Below the pieces are notes generated by a model. The model did no database searches. It was not told the DNA's origin and saw only the letters and a list, made by a program, of their open reading frames with translations. Made by a program: the position numbers and the translations under genes. A DNA stretch of 64,000 nt from Geosiphon pyriformis uo1 (lineage: Eukaryota; Fungi; Glomeromycota), in NCBI GenBank assembly GCA_016748015.1, contig JAAOMT010000595.1:66282-130281 (forward strand), read 5' to 3'. This document shows, one piece after another, positions 41,855 to 53,361 of the stretch (the first letter of the stretch is position 1; each line of letters begins with the position of its first letter).

Positions 41855-42921
41855 TGTTACAGGTAAACTTGGTAGATATGAGAAATGGTAATGTTTGGTG
41901 TTCTCAATTATGGATGATGCATCTTCTGTGTAATTCTGTTGGCTTAGTCTTGATTATCAGTCTCTGAAGATCTATTTCTGAATGTGAATTTACCCATTGA
42001 GTTTTTTGGTTATAAGGCACAGAGTTTGTTTTTCGTCAATTGCAACGTTTTTCGTAAATGTGAGTTTTCTTCTCCGAGCTAACGAGTGCAGTCGTTAGGG
42101 TCTGGCATTGTCTTTTTACCCTTCTGGTAAGCTAACAAGATAATGTTAATATCCAAAACTTAGGGGGAGCTTCCCTCTTTTACCAGGCTATTACGAAGTC
42201 TATTCCCAGACAGTCAATTTTACTATGTTGCCGCTCCACAAAAATAAGACAGAAAAAAAATAAAAAAAATAAAAAAAATAAAATAAATTAGTATCATCAA
42301 TCACCGTGATCAAGAGCAATTGGTCCAAATTGTTAATAAGTTTAAGGCGGTTATGCTAAAAGCATCTGTCCTAGAACAGAGGTACAAAACAAGGGTTAAT
42401 TCATGTAAATTCCATGAAGTTTGAGAACATAAATTTGTAATTTTGATTTCTTTTTAATAATTAGTTTATTTTAGAAGATGAAATAAGAAAGATAATAAAG
42501 GATGAAGAGATATGGATATTTAATTCTTGTTTAGAGGTTCATATCTATTTGTTTGTCTTTTCTCACTTCTACAACTACTTGCTTTTATACATTCTTTTGG
42601 TTTTACAGGATTGCTTTCAATTGTCTTGTTATCACTAGCTATTGCTTTGTTGTTTCTGTTATTGCTTCGTTTTTCTATGTTATCGCTAGTTATTCTATGT
42701 TATAACATATTATCTAACGTTATTACATATTATTCTGTGTTATCCTGTGTTATAACACATTATCCTATGTTATTGCGTGCTATTCTGTGTTATCCTGCGT
42801 TATAACATGTTGTCCTACATTATAATGCATTATCCAATATTATTGTGCGTTATTCTGTATTATGTCACATTTTGGTTATGTTTTTTCATAACTTTGGATT
42901 GGTTTTTCTATTTGGATAACA
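41855..42921 (-). repeat. 3' LTR of B1
   Basis: Direct repeat of 49842-50879. Confidence 0.92.
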
Positions 42922-45814
42922 TTATTCCTCTCTTTTTAAAATTGAGCTCCTGCGAAACCGTATGTATCTGTTATTGTGGCTTCATTCGTGTAATGTTCAA
43001 TTGTTTTCCAATGTTTCCATTAGCTGATACGTTCTTTGGTGTAAGGTAGCTTCAAAATTCTCTTCATTGATTGTTTCTGTTAGGTATGATGGTATTACTT
43101 GTTCAATCAGTAACATAGCTTTTCTTCCATAGACTAGTTCGAATGATGTGAACTGAGTCATATTTTGTTTCAATGTTCAGTATGCAAAGAGTACAGAAGA
43201 TATGAATAAGTTCCATTCTTGTTTGTTTTCATGACTTATTTTTGTTAGTGCTTTGTACAGTGTTCTGTTAAATCATTCTACCAGTCCATTCGTTTGTGGG
43301 TGGTATGGTGATGATAAGAGTCTCTTTATTCCAAACCGTTGGCTTAGTTCAGTTAGTGTATTATTAATGAAGTGTGTTCCCTGATCAGATAATAATTCTT
43401 TTGGACATCCATGTTGGCAAATTAGGTCTTGATGCACAAATTTGGCTACTGTTTTGGCATCAGCCACTTGGATTGCTCTGGCTTCTGGCCATTTTGTAAG
43501 ATAGTCTACAACTACAGCAATATAGTGATTTCCTTGAGATGTAATTGAAAGAGATCCAACCAAGTTGATCCTGATTCTATCAAATGAATTTTCAACTGGA
43601 ATGGGTCAAAGTGGTTCTGTTAATCTTGTTCTTCTTCTTTGTTGGCATGCATCACAATTAAGCACATATTCAAAAATGTCTTTGTACATTATTGGCCAAT
43701 AGTATAAGTTTAGTGTTCTTTCGAGAGTAGCATCTTTGTTAAAGTGTTTTGCAATCGGATCTGAGTACATGCTATATAGTATAGTTTCTCTTTCACTGTC
43801 CTTGATTAGTCGTTGTGGGTTGGGGTGGTTTCAGCGTTCTTGTCGATATAGTTGGTTGTCTTTAAATAAAATAATTTCGGGCTTGTTTTTGTATGGTACT
43901 TTGTTTCTGTTGAGATAATATCTCTTTGAAATGTAATGTCAATAGGTACTGATGTAATCATTGATAAGTGAGTGTGTTCATGAGTCTGGGATTAGGTTTG
44001 TGGCATCCTCAACAAACTGTCGGCATTGGTGTTCTTGGATCCTTTCTTGTAATGGACTTTGAGTGGGAATTATTGTAGATAAGTACTCCATCTCGCATAT
44101 TTTCCTTCTAGTTGTGGATTGTTGAGTAACCAAATAAGTCCTTTGTGGTTGGTATATAGATCAAATGGTTGACTGAGGTAATGTTTCCAAGTTTGTATGG
44201 CCCAATAAATGGCAAGACATTCCAAATCTGTTGTGCTGTAATTCTTTTTTGCTGAACTGGTGCTGCAACTAGTGTAGGCAACTAGGTGTTCTCTATTGTC
44301 TGGTCCTATCTGTGATAAGACTGCTTTTAGAGCATTTTTTGAGGTGTCCATAGTGACAATAAACTATTTAGTGAAATTTGGGTAAATCAGGATTGGAGAT
44401 ATGATTAATTGCTGCTTGAGATAGTCGAATGCTTTCTGTTGATCTTCCTTCCACAAGTACGGTACGTATTTGGACAACAATTGATGGAGTGGTTTTGTAA
44501 TGTTCGAGAAACTTTTGACAAATTAACGATAATATCCTGCCAATTCTAGAAATCCTCGTAATTCTCTGAGGTTGATTGGGGCTGGAAAATCTTTGACTTT
44601 TTGTACTTTATCTGGATCGAGTTTAACTCTGTTTTTGCTGATTACATGTTCTAGGAATTTTAACTTGGTTTTTCCAAAGAAGCACTTTTCAGAATTGAGT
44701 TTCAATTCAGCACTATGAAGGCATTTGAAAACTTGTTGCAGGTGGAACAGATGGTCATCGAATATTTCGGAGAACACGTTTGTGTCATCTAGGTAGACTA
44801 CTACTAATTTCCAAAGGATTTCTTTGTATACTACATTCATCAGACATTGAAATGTGGCAGGAGTATTACAAAGTCCAAAAGGCATTATGTTAAACTCAAA
44901 GTTTTTGTCTCAAGTGGTAAACGCTGTTTTTCTTTTGTTTTTGGGATCCATTTCAACTTGCCAGTAATCACTTGCTAAATCTAATGACAAAAACTATTTC
45001 TTTTTCCCTAGATTGTCTAGAATTTCCTGGATGAGAGGAGTGGAATAACTATCTCCTCGCATGACACTATTTAGTTTTTGATAATCTATGCAGAATTGCA
45101 CTTTTCCGTTTTTTTTGGTGACCAAGACTACTGGAGAGGACCAAGGGCTTAACAATTCTTTGATTAGACTGTTATTAAGCATCCATTGCACTTCTTGCTT
45201 AATTAGATTATTACCAGATGGGAGTACGTGGTAAGCTCGTTGCTTAATTGGTTGAGCATCTCTCATATCAATCTGATGCTTCACAATGTCAATGTGTCCA
45301 AACTCATTTTTGCTGGCAAAGACATTGGCATACTGATTCAGAAGAACTTTAAGTTGCATTTGTTGCAGGGTACTTAAATTTCCTAAATTCAATTTATTGA
45401 TCTCTTCTGGTGTGAACAAGTAACTTTCTTTTGGCAAATTCCATACTTGTGAGGTAATGTTACAGAATAAAAATAATTGTGCAAAATCTGGAATGGACTG
45501 GGGTTTTTTAGAATTCTGAATATTTGCAGATATGAAACTGATGAGAGTCCCTTCAGGGATTTCAATAACATCTTCTGTTGGGTTGTAGATGGAGATTTTG
45601 AAGTGTTTATGGGCTTTGGCCAGTAGATATAGATTAGCAACATTGGCTAGGGAACAGATTTCGGGACTGGCTTCAAATAACAGGGCTTGATCTTGGATCT
45701 TTTGATTTACTTTGAGGATGTATTGTCGGTATGGGGGAATGGAGATGACAGTGTTAGTGTTGATAAATTCTACCTGGTTACTGTCTTCCTCTGTAAAATT
45801 AACTGGTACGTTTC

Positions 45815-46200
45815 CTCTTCCACTTAATTCCAACCTGTTGATTCCTTGGGCAGTGAAGTCTAACTTTTCTCAGGTTGTTACCAGGGTTAATTGGGGTATT
45901 TTGACTAGGGGTAAGAAGATAGCTTGGGCAATCTTTTCTTGTGATTTTATTTTGTAGGGTCTGTTCAAATTGTTCTGTAGCATCATGATGATGTTTCCTG
46001 TGTAACCGGCATTGATGATTCTTCCTTTTACATCAATTCCTTTCTTGGCTAGACTAGATTGAGAGGCAACTTGTATCATTGTACTAACAGGAATTTCTAA
46101 CACTATCTTAAGATCTATTTTTACGAGGGAATGTGGGGCTATAATGATGGGTAATTGTTCAGGGTATCATAGGTCGAAACTGGCATCAGTGTCATGTGCT
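45815..46200 (-). pseudogene. dUTPase domain within B1 pol
   Basis: HDTDASFDL, VASQSSLAKKG, IINAGYTG, EKIAQAI. Confidence 0.85.
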
Positions 46201-49200
46201 CTTTCAGGGCAGATTCCTTTCTCGTTGTCACTGTACCATTTTAGCTCTAGTTCTTTGAATAGGTCGGGATACGCGAGATATTGTTCTGTTTTAGTATCCT
46301 CAGTTGGATCTTGAAATGACATGTCTTCGGTAATCAATACCTCTTCTTCGGGCTCAGGTAGTTTAGTGATTGAAAACAGTATTCTTGGAGGCGGATTGAA
46401 CATGAGATCATATTCATTGCAGTACTGGAAGTGACAGGGGATCAAACAGTGATCACAGAGTTTGGTATTTAAATCAGCCAACCTTTGCTCCTGTTCTTCG
46501 CGAGTTGGAGCCAATTCCTGATATCAATTCTGAAATGCGTCTGGGTCATCTGTGAAAAAATTATCCTTGGAGTAGTCAGGTCTATTATATTTGAGCATTC
46601 AAGAGTTGTCCTTGATTTCTTGTATTTTTTCAGGTGTGGCGCTTTTGGCCTTGGCACTTGTTATTCTCCAGATTTCATGATCATTGTGTGGATAACCGTC
46701 CAGCCTGTTGAGGGCTCATTTCCAAGCATTCTCAATGGGAGTTTCTTTTCATATCCAATTATTGATTAATATGGTGTATTGACAAGCCTTGTTGCATGTT
46801 CTTCCTTTGCCAGGCACATCATTCTAGAGTCCTTTATCTGGCAGGATTTTGCCACATGCAAGGCACGGCATGTTGTCTTACTTGCCTTGTTGTTTTGGTC
46901 ATCCAAATCTTTCCAGTAAATAAGACCTGCAATAGTATTTGGTGGCGGTGAGCCATTTTTCGTTGTCTCTGATATATGCACCCATAGTGGATAGTTTTTT
47001 TCCACAATCAACACATATTAGTCTTAGAAGTTGGTAAAATAAGTTTCTTTGGTCCGAGGTTACGTATCCTAGTGATGACAATTGGGGTTTTTCTTTGGCT
47101 CTGCCTTTTTTTTTCTTTCCAGATTGGTAGTGGGGGTAGTTTAGTTCGATAATCATCTGCCCATGAAACCTGATAGGTCTCGATGATTGGTGGCATTAAT
47201 GTGTCTTCGAATTTAATAAGGGGTTCCTTGGTATGTTGGGTTTTAAAGTGTCCACACGTAGCTAGGACTCAGGCATGCTGTCCGTTGAACGTGAATTGAA
47301 GTTCTTGAGTGTTCCAATCGAGAGTAGTATTGGCTTTTAACAACCAATTGTTTCCTACTAGAGCTTGATATTGAGTAGCTTTCATGATGAGTACTTTGGT
47401 AGGGATTTGGATTCCATTAATCTCGAAGGGAAAGTTGTCAATTTCTCCTATCAGGGTTTTTGTGTTTTCATCCACTATAATAATCTGGGCGGTAGCAGCA
47501 TGGTCTACTCAGTGACCTAGTTGGTCTATGAACTGCTTCGTGATTATGCTACTGGCTGATCCGCTATCCAAGATTAATTTAATGTCTATTCCTCCGACTC
47601 TGGCATCAGTGTATAGGGCCGTTATTGGTTTATCCTGATTGATGGCTGCTCCACTAAAAAGGCTAAGGGTGTTTAAATTATCGATGTCAAAAGGAAATAT
47701 GGTGGCTAGGGTGGTGTCTTCGGTAATAGTGGCTGGTGGGATATTGCTTTTTGTTTGCTTAGAAGATTGGGAGATTCGTTTTATATCCCTCTTTTCCATA
47801 GATGTAGATTTATCAAAACCCTGGTCTTCTATAAAACTGAGATAGGAAGCTTGATTCAGGTATTCAATTGGTGTTGGTCGAGATTAGGCAGGACCGTGAG
47901 GGATTGGTCGAGACAGTCCACTATTGGTTTGCACCTGATTGTTGTTGGGATTCCTCCATCTCTAATTATAGTCTATAGTTCGAGGTCTGGATGGACTGTA
48001 AGGGGAAGTTTGATAGTGAGGAATTGCTTGTGTTATTGGTGGTGGTTGATAATAATTCTGGGGCAGTAGTTGAGTATACAGAATTTGTTGTGTGTATAGG
48101 GATGGTTGATTCTGAGGTATGGAATATTGGAATATCATGTTTTGCTGATATCTGGGTTGCTAGTATGAGTTTCCTTGATTTTGGTCTATGATCTTTCTTC
48201 TGCAGTCACAGGCAATGTGTCCAAGTTTCTGGCAGTAGTAACAGTTGTGAAGATCGGATCTTCAAGATTGTTGCTGTTGTTGACAGTTCTGTTGCTATGG
48301 GTATTTGCTGTTGTTGTTATTTTTTTTCCGTTGGGATGGTTGGTAAGTTTCTGTAGTTCCGGCTAAGAATCTCTCAATTTTCTGAGTTAGTTTTTCACTC
48401 AATTGGGTTATCTTTGCATCAATGTCAGAGGTTCCATTAATGGCTAAATTAACGGCTTGAGTATAGTTTGCTTCTTGTTCTGCAGACTCAAAATTGCAAG
48501 CGAGAGTGACGGCGTCTTGTAAACTGGTCAGATGACGGAGTCTTACAGATCTTAAAATACCACTCTGCAATCCTTTAATGAATTGATTAAGAACTTGCGC
48601 CACAGTGTAATAGTCCCTTTTGATAGCTAATATTTGACACAGGATTTGATTAAATCGTCCGAAATAAGTAGTTACTGCTTCATAATCTTTTTGTTTAATT
48701 ATACTGAATTGATTCTGCAATTGGATTAACATATTGGGGTCACAGAAGTATTGCAGAAATATGAGTTTAAACTTGGTAAAGGAGGTAGGCTTCTTTGCGA
48801 GGCTCTGGTACCACAAATCAGCAGTTCCGGTTAGAAAAAACAGCAGTGCCTGAATTGTGTGGTCGTTGTTCCAACCATTAGCAGTAATTGCTTTCTCGGC
48901 ATCCACAATCCAAGAATATGCATTATCTTCTTCACCAGAGAATTTTTCCAATTTAGTGATATCCTGGTAAGCCATAATCCGATTAATGGGTGAAGTGTTA
49001 CTGGTTATGTTTAAAGGGATTGGTGTCTGCATATTCGAGTGTTTTCTGAGTGCTAATGCTGGTTGCTTTCCTTTGTCACTTGAACCAATAGGTTGTAAGA
49101 TAGCTGTTTTATCTGTTAGGGGAGATGCTGATTCTGCTAGGTTTTGTGCTGGTGGCTGTTTCCAAGTTGACAAGTTTCCTTCTGTTTAACCAGCTGCTGG

Positions 49201-49826
49201 GGTAAGATTTCCAAACAGTGATCTGTATTTTCCTAGTGATTTGGTCCAACTGTGTTGATTCCAAGGGTGTGGATTTCCAGAAGTTTGTGGTGTTTCCAAC
49301 TGGGTTTTTGGAAGTGGGTTGAATACAATTCTACTCTGGGGTGTCTGATGGTATGATGGAATTGTTGGGGAGAGGATCCTTGGTTTCTTGTTGACTGTGA
49401 ACTTGGCTTGGACAGTTACAGGGTTGTTGAATTCATTTTTGTATTCCTCAGGGTCGGATTCCACTGGTTGTTATACTTGAGAGAATCATTGTGCCACATA
49501 ATATTTAATGTCTGTATCGATTATGCGCAGAGTTTCAGTGATTGCTCGAGTAGTTGTGGCTGTTGAGTACCTTAGTAGACTTTGATGGATTTGTTCTTCA
49601 AGTCTTCTTGTATCAGTTGTGCAGCCTAACAAGCAGTCAATTTTTGCGTTGATATTGTTACAAAAATTACTTTCTGCGTAAGCAGTTTCTGCTGGTATTC
49701 CTAGGTCTTTTCAAAAGTATTGAAATAATGCTTTTCTGTATGAGAAGTGGTCCTTTCTTATTGTTCCAATAGTCACCACTTTTATGTATTTTTGGGGGTG
49801 TTCTGTCTTTGTGGATTTATAACTTT

Positions 49827-49839
49827 ACAGGAAGCACCA
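49827..49839 (-). promoter_or_regulatory. Primer binding site of B1
   Basis: TGGTGCTTCCTGT, 2 nt after the 5' LTR end. Confidence 0.75.
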
Positions 49840-49841
49840 AA

Positions 49842-50879
49842 TGTTACGGGTAAACTTGGTGGATATGAGAAATAGTAACATTTGGTGCTCTCAATTATGA
49901 ATGATGTGTCTTCCACGTAATTCTGTTGGCTTAGTCTTAATTATCAGTCTCTGAAGGTCTATTCCTGGATGTGAATTTACCTGTTGAGTTCTTTGGTTAT
50001 AAGGCACAGAGTTTGTCTTTCGTCAATTGCAACGTTTTTCATAAATGTGAGCTTTCTTCTCCAAGCTAACGAGTGCAGTCATTAGGGTCTGGCATTGTCT
50101 TTTCACACTTCTGGTAAGCTAACAAGATAATGTTAATATCCAAAACTTAGGAGAAGCTTTCCTCTTTTATCAGGCTATCACGAAGTCTATTCCTAGACAG
50201 TCAATTTTACTATGTTGCTGCTTCACAAAAATAAGACAGAAAAAGAAAAAAAAAGAAAGAAAAAAAAAAGATAAATTAGTATTGTCAATCACTGTGATCA
50301 AGAGCAATTGGTCCAAATCATTAATAGGTTCGAGGCGGTTATACTAAGAGCATCTGTTCTAGAACAGAGGTACGAAACAAGGATTAATTCACATAAATTC
50401 CATAAAGTTCGAGAACATAAATTTGTGATTCTGATTTCTTTTTAATAATTGGTTTATTTCAGAAGATGAAATAGAGAAGATAATAAAGGATGAAGAGGTA
50501 TGGATATTTAATTCTTGTCTAGAGATTCATATCTATCTGTCTGTCTTTTCTCACTTCTATAACTACTTGCTTTTATACATTCTTTTGGTTTTACAGGATT
50601 GCTTTCAATTGTCTCACTATTGCTAGCTATTGCTTTGTTGTTTCTGTTATTGCTTTGTTTTTCTACATTATTGCTAGTTATTCTATGTTATAACACGTTA
50701 TCTGACATTATTACATGTTATTCTGTGTTATCCTGCATTATAACACATTATCCTGCATTATAACATGTTATCCTACGTTATAATGTGTTATCCAATGTTA
50801 TTGCATATTATTCTGTGTTATGTCATGTTTTGATCACGTTTTTTTATAACTTTGGATCAGTTTTTCTACTCAGGTAACA
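49842..50879 (-). repeat. 5' LTR of B1
   Basis: TGTTACG...GGTAACA. Confidence 0.92.
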
Positions 50880-51702
50880 TCATCATTCCTGGTTTGCTCT
50901 GGTTACATTTGGTTCCCAAGTTGATTTGGACTCTGCAGTTGTCAAAACTGGTATCTTAAGAAAATGCTGTATTTAGTAGAAAACTCCTGGTTGTCAGTGT
51001 TGTTTCAGATGTCAAGAAGTAAACCATTTGGTTGTTAACTGCAAAGTTTCTCTGCCTCCTCCTCCTAAGGCTCCCAAGGTGTTTAAGACACATTTTGTGG
51101 ATGATGTTTCTTATGCAAAAGCTTCTGCTTCCCTGGATTCTTCTGAGTTTCTTCTTTTGGTGGCTTCTATTTTTCCTTCTATGGTTGTTGGTGATTCCTT
51201 GGTGTCTTTCCGGTTGGTTTCTTTGGAATCTGATTTGGTCAAGCTTTCTACTTTGATTGAGTCTATTGTTAAACCAGTTGGTTCCTTGGTCAAATTATTT
51301 GAGCAATTTATTAATGGAGATTTGGTCTCAAGCAGTAAACTTGGCCTTAAAGTCAATAAGGTTATGGTACATATGAGTTCTTTTAGTAAGATTATTGGTA
51401 AGTTGGAGAGGGAAATGGTCTCTTTAAAAAAAGAATGCTGCATAAAGGATATTGATATGTCTGGTGATTCAGAGCATCCAGTTGGTTTGGATAATAAGGT
51501 ATTTCTAACTTGCTGTTCCTTTGGGAACATGAGCCTATTGATGTTAAAGCTGATGTCTTGAAAACAGCTGAATGGCTGGTTAGATTGGTTTCTTGTAGTG
51601 TAACTCTGTTTTTTGTTATTTAAAAGATGTCATTTTTGGGTAAGTTTTTTTCTGGTGTATCAACATAGTATAGTCTGAACTGGCTCGAATAGCTGGTTAC
51701 AT

Positions 51703-52673
51703 TGTTACCGGAGGTTTTTGGTCTCTTTTCTTGAATGTTGTTAATGTCTGTTTGTTGTTAATTCATGTTTTCTAGAAGTAGTTAAACCTCCAATAACTGA
51801 ATTTATCTTCAAATTATCTCCTATAATTTGAACTGCTAGGCTTATAAGTGGAATGGCCAATTCCATGCCAGTTACTTTATGTAGTTACATTGTAGTAAAC
51901 GTCAACTCTTTCCCAGGAATTGCTCATCTGGAAGCTCACTAAAATGTATAGTTACTTTGCTGTAAAAGTTAACTCTTCTACAGAAATCTTGTCTGTAGAC
52001 TACCTTAATAATTGTAATAAGAAAAGAAAAGAAAAATAAAAGAAATGTAAAAGAAATAGGAATTTTATTAAGAAAAACATTTTCTATTCAGGCCTGGAGT
52101 CACTAACAGTTTACTGAAATTGGTAGCTAATCAATTTCAAAATATTAGTTGGGTTTTGGGAATTTTCCAAGTGCAATAATTAAAGAATTTGGTTTTTCAA
52201 ATTATTTGATATTTATTTCTTTTTGTGTATGTAGGAATGGTTCTAAGTAATAAATCTAAAGTAAAATACATTTTCCAGAAGAGAAAAGCTCTTCTTTTAT
52301 ACAACTTGTTGTAGTACTAGTCTATGAACTTGCACTTTTTCTCTTTGCTCAAATTTCGGCAAACTAAAGATACATTTTGATGAACTACAAGTTATTTCAC
52401 TAAATTATTGATTAATTTGGGTGAACTATTCATAATTTCGGCAAATTTCTGTAAATTTCGGTGAATTTTTGAATGTTACAAAGTTTAGGGTATTGTGTAA
52501 TTTGATCATCCTACTTTCTGTTATACTAATTAGATTATTTTAATTGAATTATGATATGTGATAATTGATTAAATAATAAATGATAATTTGAAATGATATT
52601 AATATACTAATAAATTATAGGAATTATAAGAGTAATTTCATGCTAATTAATAGCTAAAATTCTACTGGTAACA
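51703..52673 (-). repeat. 3' LTR of A1
   Basis: TGTTACC...GGTAACA. Confidence 0.94.
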
Positions 52674-53361
52674 TAATTTCCTCCTCAAGACTAAGCTCTG
52701 TCAAAGTCCAAGCACTATCTGTAATATTGAGATAGTGATCTAAAATAATTGAAGTAATCTGGTCTGAAAATTGTTGAAATTTCAGTTCTGTGAGTTTGCC
52801 AATGTATTGGACTTTTGTTGGTTGCAGTATTAGATTTTGTAGAATATTTTCACAAGTATTAAACAAGTCATAGAGTCTAAGAGCTGTTCTAAGTTTGTAG
52901 TGAGTGTTTGTTGGTCCAGCTGCTGTTTTGAATTTATTGTGGATTTGTTTTTGTATAACTTTAGGAGTGAGATTTGTTGCTTCAAGTTCCAGTTTTCGTT
53001 CATAAAGTGTTTTTCCAATTTGAAAGTATTTATAGATAGAGGTGTGTTCATTGTTCTGTTCATTAAGAAGTAGTAGAAGTTTTTGTTGCATTGTAGCATT
53101 TGGTGGAATGTCAATAGGGGCAATTAAAAGATTTTCTTCTAGTGCCTACTTCAAAAGTCTTGATAATTTATTCTCAGAGTGACTTCTTGTTTTTCTTCTA
53201 TAGGAGTAATAGTTCTGTAAATGATTTGCTATTGGGGCTGTGGTTTTTTTCTGAATGTAATTAATTTGACTTCCATTAATCATTATAGATAAGTTAGGAA
53301 GTGTTTTCAAGGCTAATATTAATTTTTGGGATATTTGTTGAATATTTCGGAGAATAATCAT
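52654..53361 (-). pseudogene. ORF3 of A1, 235 codons, one premature stop, ends inside the 3' LTR
   Basis: Track ORFs 53146-53361 and 52654-53091 are in the same frame. Homolog present in A2. Confidence 0.8.

Larger units (their letters stand above)
41855..50879 (-). mobile_element. Ty3/Gypsy LTR retrotransposon family B copy B1 (gag-PR-Cys-rich-dUTPase-RT-RH-IN), with a probable 3' internal deletion
   Basis: LTRs at 41855-42921 and 49842-50879 (TGTTAC...RTAACA). TSD TTGT/TCAT. PBS TGGTGCTTCC; PPT AAAAAGAGAGGAA. Motifs LDSGS, YLDD and SDQGTHF...SPYHPQTNGLVE. Confidence 0.94.

Noticed and set aside
42527-43049. Hydrophobic plus-strand ORFs resembling membrane proteins or env
   Set aside because: Translation of the T-rich 10-bp LTR array, antisense to the element, with no supporting motif
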